Shown: positions 18,401-25,987, counted from the stretch's first letter. The stretch: DNA of 32,000 nt from Geotalea daltonii FRC-32 (GCF_000022265.1 NC_011979.1:3240001-3272000); one strand, 5' to 3'. Notes: generated from the letters alone by a model not told the origin. Made by a program: numbers and translations.

Positions 18401-21400
18401 CGGTAATGCGCAAACGACGGGTGTGAGTATTAATCGTCTCCAGCCCCCCGACCTGGTGATGCAGACAATCGCTGGTCCTCCGACAGCGGGAACAGGAGCC
18501 TCGGCTGCCATAACCGATACCGTGTGCAATATCGGGGTGGGAAACTCAAATGCCTTTTCGTTAGGATTATACCTTTCATCCGACAACAGTATTGCCACAA
18601 GCGATACACGCGTTGGCAGCCGGTCAGTAGCTTCTCTTGCAGCAGGACAATGTTCTTCGGGGACGACCACCGTAACTCTTAACGGCAGCATGGGGAGTTA
18701 CTATGTCGGCGCGATAGCAGATTACGCCAATGTACAGTACGAGGCCGATGAGACCAACAACAGCCTGGCAGGAAACCTGCTTGAACTGCGAGGTCCCGAC
18801 TTGGTGGTAACCTCAGTATCCGGTCCGACCGTCATCGACACCGATACCGACAGCACGCCACCGGCAACCGTCGTGGTCAAAGTAAAAAATATCGGGGAAG
18901 GCAGGGCGTCCAACACCTTCCTGGTCCGTCCCTACCTCTCGACTGACAACGCGATCACCACGGCCGATACTTCCCTGGGTGCCCAGTACATCTACGGTCT
19001 GGCCGCAGGGGAAGAGGTAACACTGACCTTCACCACCACCATTCCCCGTGGAGCCGGGGGTGCCACACCCTATTACTTCGGAGCCATAACCGACACCGGC
19101 AACGCCAATACCGAGATTGACGAAGCCAACAATGCTCTTGCCGGAAACCTGGTTACGGTCAACCGCACCCAGGTGACTCCCGATCTCGTCGTCACTTCCG
19201 TTGCCGGTCCGACCGTCATCGATACCGATACCGACAGCACGCCACCGGCAACCGTCACCGTCAAAGTCAAGAACAGCGGTAACGGCAGGGCATGGAACAC
19301 CTTCCTGGTCCGTCCCTACCTCTCGGCTGACAACGCGATCACCACGGCCGATACTTCCCTGGGTGCCCAGTACATCTACGGTCTGGCCGCAGGGGAAGAG
19401 GTAACACTGACCTTCACCACCACCATTCCCCGTGGAGCCGGGGGTGCCACACCCTATTACTTCGGAGCCATAACCGACACCGGCAACGCCAATACCGAGA
19501 TTGACGAAGCCAACAATGCTCTTGCCGGAAACCTGGTTACGGTCAACCGCACCCAGGTGACTCCCGATCTCGTCGTCACTTCCGTTGCCGGTCCGACCGT
19601 CATCGATACTGATACCGACAGCACGCCACCGGCAACCGTCACCGTCAAAGTCAAGAACAGCGGTAACGGCAGGGCATGGAACACCTTCCTGGTCCGTCCC
19701 TACCTCTCGGCTGACAACGCGATCACCACGGCCGACACTTCCCTGGGTGCCCAGTACATCTACGGTCTGGCCGCAGGGGAAGAGGTAACACTGACCTTCA
19801 CCACCACCATTCCCCGTGGAGCCGGGGGTGCCACACCCTATTACTTCGGAGCCATAACCGACACCGGCAACGCCAATACCGAGATTGACGAAGCCAACAA
19901 TGCTCTTGCCGGAAACCTGGTTACGGTCAACCGCACCCAGATGACTCCCGATCTCGTCGTCACTTCCGTTGCCGGTCCGACCGTCATCGATACCGATACC
20001 GACAGCACGCCACCGGCAACCGTCACCGTCAAAGTCAAGAACAGCGGTAACGGCAGGGCATGGAACACCTTCCTGGTCCGTCCCTACCTCTCGACTGACA
20101 ACGCGATCACCACGGCCGATACTTCCCTGGGTGCCCAGTACATCTACGGTCTGGCCGCAGGGGAAGAGGTAACACTGACCTTCACCACCACCATTCCCCG
20201 TGGAGCCGGGGGTGCCACACCCTATTACTTCGGAGCCATAACCGACACCGGCAACGCCAATACCGAGATTGACGAAGCCAACAATGCTCTTGCCGGAAAC
20301 CTGGTTACGGTCAACCGCACCCAGGTGACTCCCGATCTCGTCGTCACTTCCGTTGCCGGTCCGACCGTCATCGATACTGATACCGACAGCACGCCACCGG
20401 CAACCGTCACCGTCAAAGTCAAGAACAGCGGTAACGGCAGGGCATGGAACACCTTCCTGGTCCGTCCCTACCTCTCGACTGACAACGCGATCACCACGGC
20501 CGATACTTCCCTGGGTGCCCAGTACATCTACGGTCTGGCCGCAGGGGAAGAGGTAACACTGACCTTCACCACCACCATTCCCCGTGGAGCCGGGGGTGCC
20601 ACACCCTATTACTTCGGAGCCATAACCGACACCGGCAACGCCAATACCGAGATTGACGAAGCCAACAATGCTCTTGCCGGAAACCTGGTTACGGTCAACC
20701 GCACCCAGGTGACTCCCGATCTCGTCGTCACTTCCGTTGCCGGTCCGACCGTCATCGATACCGATACCGACAGCACGCCACCGGCAACCGTCACCGTCAA
20801 AGTCAAGAACAGCGGTAACGGCAGGGCATGGAACACCTTCCTGGTCCGTCCCTACCTCTCGGCTGACAACGCGATCACCACGGCCGATACTTCCCTGGGT
20901 GCCCAGTACATCTACGGTCTGGCCGCAGGGGAAGAGGTAACCCTGACCTTCACCACCACCATTCCCCGTGGAGCCGGGGGTGCCACACCCTATTACTTCG
21001 GAGCCATAACCGACACCGGCAACGCCAATACCGAGATTGACGAAGCCAACAATGCTCTTGCCGGAAACCTGGTTACGGTCAACCGCACCCAGGTGACTCC
21101 CGATCTCGTCGTCACTTCCGTTGCCGGTCCTTTGAGCGCAAACACAGGTCAGATGGTACCTGTGACCCTGAAAGTCAAGAACGCCGGTAACGGCAGGGCA
21201 TGGAACACCTTCCTGGTCCGTTCCTACATCTCGGCTGACAATGAAATCACCACGGCCGATACTTCCCTGGGTGCCCAGTACATCTATGGTCTGGCCGCAG
21301 GGGAAGAGACAACCATAACCATTAACGGAACTGTCCCTTCAACCTTTGTATCCGGCACCTACTATTTCGGTGGGATAGCCGACACAGGCAACGCCAACGC

Positions 21401-21461
21401 AGAGCTCAACGAAACTAATAACGCTCTTGCAGGCAATGAAATTGTCATTACCAAACTCTAG
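15492..21461 (+). CDS. Giant secreted subtilisin-like serine protease (peptidase S8) with I9-like propeptide, P-domain-like beta-sandwich, Fn3/Ig-like modules and a C-terminal array of eight CARDB-type domains
   Basis: The start at 15492 follows GGAGG with a 5-nt spacer and gives the signal peptide MYRYRLSRMLGLLLPVLIILGGVGISHA|Q. The catalytic triad motifs are GIGDSGID (Asp codon 16260..16262), SGHGTHVAG (His 16386..16388) and SGTSMATP (Ser 16926..16928), with oxyanion region ANGNAG. The CARDB signature PDLVVTSV...VKVKN.G...LAAGE...E.DE.NN is repeated. Confidence 0.9.
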   Translation: MYRYRLSRMLGLLLPVLIILGGVGISHAQNRVQINGYNFDLKEGEPSVPAVLDTADEQEPDKGPPENGRQKKRSDRKWIVQFDGPVHEADKKQLAELGARIGDYVPDFAFIVSMDNKTTNEVKKLPFVSGVVRYKPAYKIHQNLKDESGELRVQKGKKVKLHIKLDSKENQSQVLSIVHGKKGKVLDVSGDLLRVEVNQEDIAQLAQIEEVLSVEEATDLQLLNDTSKWVIQTYTSNNTKIWDHGLHGEGQIVGIGDSGIDYDMPWFRDPAGTTIGPMHRKVVGYDPTYGDDYDSNSGHGTHVAGSVGGDRTPVDGLANANGMAPKSRFFLQDISPGETRYVYPPSDLGLMFITAYNAGARLHTNSWGGGGSSYNAAAMSVDRFMWEHKDFLALFANGNAGPGVGSVGYPASAKSVVSVGATENGTGAENIASFSSNGPTADGRIKPTITAPGVNIISADSDGIKNSNNSGTLSYSGTSMATPTVAGAAALVRQYYTEGFYPGGAANSANAFTPSAALIKATLVNSGQNMSGSNTDDVIPSSGQGWGRINISKTLSFSGDANTLEVLDNNTGLATGESWSQPYFVTGDHALKATLVWTDYPGAVGAAKALVNDLDLTITAPDGTTYTGNVFSNGESAAGGNADRLNVEEQILIKAPNKGTYTITISGYNIPNGPQPFALVLTGASGVTSKGMISLNKNRYNAAGTVEIKVADLDLNSDSTTLQEVYVNIKSDTEQAGERVRLVETTPDSSVFTGTVGLRLGAPASNNGYLEVIGGNTVTGTYEDANDGTGSPATATATALIDITPPVISSVTVDSISDIGATAAWLTDEPADSTINYGETGALGSYKSDFKLSTQHGIGLGNLKEAKTYYYELYSTDEAGNLVKSDNGGRLYSFTTANVPPELTANSSNGYDTYLPESNIYGTATDHSGIASITVNGTEATYRSSDGYYELAVPLTLGMNNFTVIATDTLGNAQTTGVSINRLQPPDLVMQTIAGPPTAGTGASAAITDTVCNIGVGNSNAFSLGLYLSSDNSIATSDTRVGSRSVASLAAGQCSSGTTTVTLNGSMGSYYVGAIADYANVQYEADETNNSLAGNLLELRGPDLVVTSVSGPTVIDTDTDSTPPATVVVKVKNIGEGRASNTFLVRPYLSTDNAITTADTSLGAQYIYGLAAGEEVTLTFTTTIPRGAGGATPYYFGAITDTGNANTEIDEANNALAGNLVTVNRTQVTPDLVVTSVAGPTVIDTDTDSTPPATVTVKVKNSGNGRAWNTFLVRPYLSADNAITTADTSLGAQYIYGLAAGEEVTLTFTTTIPRGAGGATPYYFGAITDTGNANTEIDEANNALAGNLVTVNRTQVTPDLVVTSVAGPTVIDTDTDSTPPATVTVKVKNSGNGRAWNTFLVRPYLSADNAITTADTSLGAQYIYGLAAGEEVTLTFTTTIPRGAGGATPYYFGAITDTGNANTEIDEANNALAGNLVTVNRTQMTPDLVVTSVAGPTVIDTDTDSTPPATVTVKVKNSGNGRAWNTFLVRPYLSTDNAITTADTSLGAQYIYGLAAGEEVTLTFTTTIPRGAGGATPYYFGAITDTGNANTEIDEANNALAGNLVTVNRTQVTPDLVVTSVAGPTVIDTDTDSTPPATVTVKVKNSGNGRAWNTFLVRPYLSTDNAITTADTSLGAQYIYGLAAGEEVTLTFTTTIPRGAGGATPYYFGAITDTGNANTEIDEANNALAGNLVTVNRTQVTPDLVVTSVAGPTVIDTDTDSTPPATVTVKVKNSGNGRAWNTFLVRPYLSADNAITTADTSLGAQYIYGLAAGEEVTLTFTTTIPRGAGGATPYYFGAITDTGNANTEIDEANNALAGNLVTVNRTQVTPDLVVTSVAGPLSANTGQMVPVTLKVKNAGNGRAWNTFLVRSYISADNEITTADTSLGAQYIYGLAAGEETTITINGTVPSTFVSGTYYFGGIADTGNANAELNETNNALAGNEIVITKL
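18447..21458 (+). repeat. Array of eight CARDB-encoding modules (divergent copy 0, six 384-bp tandem copies, divergent terminal copy 7)
   Basis: Each module begins with a P-D-L-V motif. The starts are at 18447, 18795, 19179, 19563, 19947, 20331, 20715 and 21099. Confidence 0.9.
18795..21098 (+). repeat. Six in-frame tandem repeats of 384 bp (128 aa); copies 2-6 are nearly identical
   Basis: The spurious ORFs in the track recur at exactly 384-nt spacing (19073, 19457, 19841, 20225, 20609). By eye I find only five variable positions among copies 2-6: 19226-type C/T, 19326-type G/A, 19736, 19941 and 20942. The near-perfect tract runs about 18912..21130. Confidence 0.95.
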
Positions 21462-21479
21462 GACCTCCTGAAACAGGGA

Positions 21480-21505
21480 AGCAGGCTGACAAACGTCAGC
21501 CTGCT
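21480..21505 (+). terminator. Hairpin downstream of the protease gene (possible intrinsic terminator)
   Basis: AGCAGGCTGAC-AAAC-GTCAGCCTGCT forms a perfect 11-bp stem 19 nt after the TAG. It is followed by CCTTCGTCTTCC rather than a clean T-run, so confidence is only moderate. Confidence 0.45.
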
Positions 21506-21727
21506 CCTTCGTCTTCCTATCTTACCCTCTTATCTCTCCTAATGCCGATGCAATGGCTAATGCGCCCACCCGATTCCCCGTTGACCTGCCTGAAAGAAAA
21601 TTCCTTGACAAATTTAAATTATTTTCAAGTTTCCTGAATTACTGACGAAAAGAGAAAGTACACCTAGACCTGCCTGTCACAACAATATGTTGCACTTTCC
21701 ATAAAAGCAGCAACAGAGGGGGAAGGA

Positions 21728-21901
21728 ATGGACAAAAGAGGGTTTCTCTCCGGTGGAGCGATCAGCAGGGTTATAGAAAGATTATTTCATTCCATGTGGG
21801 GAAAGAAAAGCTGTCCGTCAACAGATCAGACGGCCAGAAATGAAGAATTGCAAAGGATTGCAAAGCTAATCGAAAGAGGGTCGTTTACCAGGTGCAAGTG
21901 A
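21728..21901 (+). CDS. Possible 57-codon small ORF in the convergent intergenic gap
   Basis: My hand translation is MDKRGFLSGGAISRVIERLFHSMWGKKSCPSTDQTARNEELQRIAKLIERGSFTRCK. It is preceded by GAGGGGGAAGGA. I see no clear promoter and recognise no family. Confidence 0.15.
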   Translation: MDKRGFLSGGAISRVIERLFHSMWGKKSCPSTDQTARNEELQRIAKLIERGSFTRCK

Positions 21902-22014
21902 AACCACCATAGGGTAGCAGTACTGCCTGCATCCCACCGATTACTGCCAGTCAGTTCCTCCTTGCACCGCGCAGGAGTCGTTAATCAAGCTGATTTCGCC
22001 AGCTTATACCAAAG

Positions 22015-23832
22015 CTACATCTCTACCCGCGTCACAACCCCCTGAAGTTTACTCGGTGGAAGTTTGTAGAATTTTACGAAGTTGGGGGTCAGCTTCTTGA
22101 TTGTGCTGAAAATGCGCCAGGCGAAGTTGGTCGTGTCGATATCCTCGATACCATAGAAAATGACCTTCTCCCTGATGCCGATCTCTTTCAGGATTTTCTC
22201 GAGATCTATTATTTCCATGTACCCTGCCATAACCTCCAGGGCATCCAGTCCGGAACCCAATCCTTCGGTCATCTGCTGCTTAACTCCAAAGGGCTCGTCA
22301 GTGCGCACTATTGAAACGAAAACATTGCGAGAATAGATGATGTTGCTTGAAATGACGCAGTGCACAACATACGGGGGGACAACACGCGCCTCTCGCGTGA
22401 AAAAGAGGGCCGTACCGGGAATGTTGCTCCCTTTCGAAAATATCTGCTCGTAGGCAATGAGAAAAGTATCCAGATCCAGGGGACGCAACGCCCTGTAAAG
22501 TGCGCGCTGGCCCCGGGTCCAAATGAGGATCGTAACGAACGGGATGGACGCGAGCACAATCGACCAGTAGCCGCCGTGGGGAATTTTGTTGAGACAAGCA
22601 ATTAAAAACACCACGTCCACCAATGTCACGAGCACGGCGAAGGGTACTTTCCATTTCTTAGTGGTTCGGCTGTAAATCATAATTATCATAATGCCGGTGA
22701 GAGTCATGGTGCCTGTTACCGCTAGACCGTAAGCGGCAGCCAGGTTCTCCGACTTCCGGAAGATGAGCATTATGCAAATCACGGAGCCGAGGAGCATCCA
22801 GTTTACCGAGCCGATGTATATCTGTGACTTGAGATGGGTCGAGGTGTAGTCCACCTTCAGGAGAGGCATGATCCTGGTGGTTATCCCTTGGTACACGACG
22901 GAGAATACACCGCTGATCATTGCCTGGGATGCGATGATCGTCGCCATGATAGTGAGGATGAGGAACGGTATGTAAAACATGGGCGCCATCTCCTGAATCA
23001 TGCCGAAAAGGAGGTTCTTTGCTGTTCCGTGGGAAAGCACATAAGCCCCCTGCCCCAGGTAGTTGATGATGAGAGCGAAAAAAACGATTGACCATGCCCT
23101 GATGATGGGCTTGCGTCCCAGATGGCCCATATCGGCGTAAAGCGCTTCTCCGCCGGTGGCGCAGAGGATGACCTCGGACAGGACAAAAAATCCGGCAAAT
23201 CCGTTGTCGGCCAGGAATTTCACCGCGTAGAACGGGCTGACGGCAGCCACGACTTCCGGATGGCTTGTGATAGAGATGACACCGGAAACGCTTAAAGCTA
23301 GAAACCATACCACCATGATCGGCCCAAAGGCACTGGCCATTCGGTCTGTCCCCCAATACTGAAAGAAAAACAGCATTACGGCGATAACCGCAGCAATAAG
23401 AATCAGGCTCCCCTGGTGGAGATCTTCCAAGCCGGGAATCAGAACCATACCTTCCACTGCCGAAAGGATGCTGATAGCCGGAGTGATGACCCCGTCCCCC
23501 AAAAGGAGCGAGACTCCCAGGTAGGAGAGGAAACTGATGACGGCAATCTGCCTCCCCGGCTTCAGCATGCGGATGAGAATTTCCCTGAGGACGATGGTGC
23601 CCCCTTCCCCCTTCCTGCCTAGAGCCATGGCCAGCCAGGCATACTCGGCAGTGACTAGAATTGTCATGGTCCAGAACACAAGGGAGAGGATACCCATGAC
23701 ATTGTCCGGCGTCGGTTTGGTCAGGGCGAAAATCACGGTGAGCGTATAAATGGGACTGGTACCGATGTCGCCGAATACCAAGCCGAAGGACCTTACAATC
23801 CCCTTCCAGGCGGGTTCTTGAACTGATTTCAT
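22015..23832 (-). CDS. kup: KUP/HAK/KT-family potassium uptake transporter
   Basis: 605 aa. The N-terminal signature is LVFGDIGTSPIYTL, followed by about 12 TM segments and a cytoplasmic C-terminal domain. Confidence 0.9.
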   Translation of the reverse strand: MKSVQEPAWKGIVRSFGLVFGDIGTSPIYTLTVIFALTKPTPDNVMGILSLVFWTMTILVTAEYAWLAMALGRKGEGGTIVLREILIRMLKPGRQIAVISFLSYLGVSLLLGDGVITPAISILSAVEGMVLIPGLEDLHQGSLILIAAVIAVMLFFFQYWGTDRMASAFGPIMVVWFLALSVSGVISITSHPEVVAAVSPFYAVKFLADNGFAGFFVLSEVILCATGGEALYADMGHLGRKPIIRAWSIVFFALIINYLGQGAYVLSHGTAKNLLFGMIQEMAPMFYIPFLILTIMATIIASQAMISGVFSVVYQGITTRIMPLLKVDYTSTHLKSQIYIGSVNWMLLGSVICIMLIFRKSENLAAAYGLAVTGTMTLTGIMIIMIYSRTTKKWKVPFAVLVTLVDVVFLIACLNKIPHGGYWSIVLASIPFVTILIWTRGQRALYRALRPLDLDTFLIAYEQIFSKGSNIPGTALFFTREARVVPPYVVHCVISSNIIYSRNVFVSIVRTDEPFGVKQQMTEGLGSGLDALEVMAGYMEIIDLEKILKEIGIREKVIFYGIEDIDTTNFAWRIFSTIKKLTPNFVKFYKLPPSKLQGVVTRVEM

Positions 23833-23933
23833 GTGTTCTCCCGATGCTTGAACAAAAAGACGATGTAATTGGCTGCTGACTCAGAAAATACCCCGATTCG
23901 CATAAAGATAGACTCAAAACTGACCGCATCCCC

Positions 23934-23953
23934 ATCAAGAAAATATCAAGAAA
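23934..23953. promoter_or_regulatory. Tandem direct repeat ATCAAGAAA-AT-ATCAAGAAA (11-bp phasing); candidate OmpR-family (KdpE-like) binding site
   Basis: Exact 9-mers lie at 23934..23942 and 23945..23953 in the 169-bp divergent kup/kdpD intergenic region. Repeats phased at one helical turn are the usual architecture for OmpR/PhoB-type regulators. Confidence 0.3.
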
Positions 23954-24001
23954 CCTTCCAGCGCTCAAAAAACAGCATCGTTGAAATGAATTTCATGTAA
24001 A

Positions 24002-25987
24002 ATGGTCGCCATGACTGAATGCATCGCCAAAGATGATATACAGGAAACCGAATTTCCCGTCAGCTACGGGCCGATACCATTTGGGGAACGGCTCATGGTT
24101 TGCGTGAGCGGCAGCCCCTTCAGCGATAAGTTGATCCGCACCACGCACCACCTTGCCAAGGGCATGAATTCTCCCTGGATGGTCGTATATATTGAAACGA
24201 CAGCAGGGGGCAGACACCTGCAGGAAAACAGGGAACGGGTCTGGAACAATCTCCGTCTGGCGGAAACCCTTGGTGCACAGATAGAGACCGTGACGGCAGC
24301 ATCGGTGGCCGAGGCGATAGTCGACTTTGCCGTCAGCCACAAGGTCACCAAGATCGTAGTGGGAAAACCGAAAAAGCCGCGCTGGCTTGAATTCCTGCGC
24401 CCTCCCCTGGTGGATCGCATCATCTACTTAAGCGGCTACATTGACGTTTACGTGGTCAGCATCGACCAGGTGGAAACAAAACGGGAACGCAACTTCTTCA
24501 GGAAAACGCCTCCATGGGCAGGTTATGCGACAGGCGTTGCACTCGTTACGGCTGCTACACTCATCAGCAAGCTCGTTCACAATCACATCGCGCCGACCAA
24601 CCTGGTAATGATCTACCTGCTCGTTGTGGTTCTCGCTGCCGTTCGCCTGGGGCGAAGAGCGGCCATCCTGACCGCTACTTTCAGCGTTCTGGCCTTTGAT
24701 TTCTTCATCGTCCCCCCCCACCTGACCCTTGCCGTCTCCGACAGCGAATACCTCATCACATTCCTGGCGCTTTTCATGGTGGGAGTTGTCATCAGCTCGC
24801 TGGTGGCCACGGCCAACGAACGCGCCGATGCCGTGCGACAACGGGAGGTGCAGACTTCGGCACTCTACCGCCTTAGCCGGAGCTTGGCCGCTGCTGTCGA
24901 TGTGGATTCAATCGTAGAAGCGGTCGTCAATAACGTAGGCGAATCGCTCAAGGCGGAGGTGGCGGTATTTCTACCCGATGAGAACCGGCTGAAGCTCCAT
25001 GGGGTAAGTCACGATAGCAGGTGGGGTGACAAGGAACAGATAGCTGCAGAATCGGCCTTTTACAGTACCCGGACAGAAGAGGGAGAAGTCATGATTCCCG
25101 ATGGATCCAACCACTTGTACCTGCCTCTCCAGACCAAGGGGGCGGTCCGGGGAATTCTTGGGATCAAGCTGAACGTGGAGGAGGAGCATCAAAATCAGCA
25201 AGTGCGCCGACTATTGGACGCTTTTGCCGCACAGACGGCAATGGCACTGGAGCGAGCACATCTGGCTCGACAGGCAGAGCATGCCCAGATACTCCAGGCA
25301 AGGGAGAAACTGGAGCGGGCCCTTCTCAATTCTGTCTCACACGATTTGCGCACTCCGCTGGTTTCCATTACCGGAGCTTTGAGCACACTCAGGAACGAAG
25401 GGTGCGCTCCCCATGAGAAGGGTCGGCTGGAGCTGGTGGATGCCGCTTGGGAGGAAGCGGAGCGGCTCAATCGTTTTGTCGGCAATTTGCTGGACATGAC
25501 CCGGGTGGAGGCAGGCGAACTGAAACTGAAAAAAGAGCCCTGCGATATACAGGATCTGGTCGGATGTGCCTTGGCGCCTTTGGATGCACGTCTGCAAGAC
25601 AGGGAGGTTCTTATTGACCTGTCCGATGACCTGCCACTGGTTCAAATGGATATGGTGTTCATGACCCAGGTCCTTGTCAATCTTCTGGAAAACGGCATGA
25701 AGTATTCAACTCCACGGACACCTCTGGCAATTTGGGCCAAAACGGATGACGATCTCATTATTCTTGCCGTTGAAGACCGGGGGCCAGGTGTTCCTGAGAA
25801 GGAGCTGGTAAAGATCTTCGATAAATTCTACCGAGTACCTGTTCCGGAAGGCGCGGGAGGAACGGGCCTGGGGCTCTCTATTTGCAAAGGCATCGTAGAA
25901 GCACACGGCGGAACAATCCGGGCAGAAAATATAGAAGGTGGCGGATTGAGAGTCCTTGTAGCCATTCCACTGAATAAGGAAGCTTGA
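24002..25987 (+). CDS. kdpD: KdpD-like sensor histidine kinase lacking the N-terminal KdpD (P-loop) domain: Usp-like domain, TM/DUF4118-like, GAF-like, HisKA, HATPase
   Basis: The Usp-like start is ERLMVCVSGSPFSDKLIRTTHHLAKGMNSPWMVVYIET. There are four TM helices. The H-box is SHDLRTPL, the N-box NLLENGMKYS, and the G-boxes EDRGPGV and GTGLGLSI. The exact start is uncertain (ATG at 24002 or 24011, neither with a good SD). The stop abuts the kdpE ATG (TGAATG). Confidence 0.8.
   Translation: MVAMTECIAKDDIQETEFPVSYGPIPFGERLMVCVSGSPFSDKLIRTTHHLAKGMNSPWMVVYIETTAGGRHLQENRERVWNNLRLAETLGAQIETVTAASVAEAIVDFAVSHKVTKIVVGKPKKPRWLEFLRPPLVDRIIYLSGYIDVYVVSIDQVETKRERNFFRKTPPWAGYATGVALVTAATLISKLVHNHIAPTNLVMIYLLVVVLAAVRLGRRAAILTATFSVLAFDFFIVPPHLTLAVSDSEYLITFLALFMVGVVISSLVATANERADAVRQREVQTSALYRLSRSLAAAVDVDSIVEAVVNNVGESLKAEVAVFLPDENRLKLHGVSHDSRWGDKEQIAAESAFYSTRTEEGEVMIPDGSNHLYLPLQTKGAVRGILGIKLNVEEEHQNQQVRRLLDAFAAQTAMALERAHLARQAEHAQILQAREKLERALLNSVSHDLRTPLVSITGALSTLRNEGCAPHEKGRLELVDAAWEEAERLNRFVGNLLDMTRVEAGELKLKKEPCDIQDLVGCALAPLDARLQDREVLIDLSDDLPLVQMDMVFMTQVLVNLLENGMKYSTPRTPLAIWAKTDDDLIILAVEDRGPGVPEKELVKIFDKFYRVPVPEGAGGTGLGLSICKGIVEAHGGTIRAENIEGGGLRVLVAIPLNKEA

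Noticed and set aside
18722-20940. Families of 75-aa minus-strand and 67-aa plus-strand ORFs recurring every 384 nt (for example 19073..19300 and 19201..19404)
   Set aside because: They are out-of-frame or antisense shadows of the CARDB repeat units inside the protease CDS. Their periodicity only reflects the repeat.
18795-21098. Whether the regular repeats could be a CRISPR array
   Set aside because: The units are 384 bp and directly abutting with no spacers. They are in frame within a long CDS and encode a recognisable protein domain.
22658-23968. 436-aa minus-strand ORF overlapping kup
   Set aside because: It is an alternative frame of the kup gene. Its Arg/Pro/Gly/His-rich composition is typical of off-frame translation. 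The kup frame has clear family motifs.
23833-24001. c-di-AMP (ydaO-type) riboswitch in the kup leader
   Set aside because: The leader is too short for the roughly 140-nt pseudo-symmetric element, and only trivial GGGG/GAATC fragments are present. An Infernal scan would settle it.
23993-24340. 115-aa minus-strand ORF at the kdpD 5' end
   Set aside because: It is antisense to the Usp-like domain of kdpD, with no SD or motif support.
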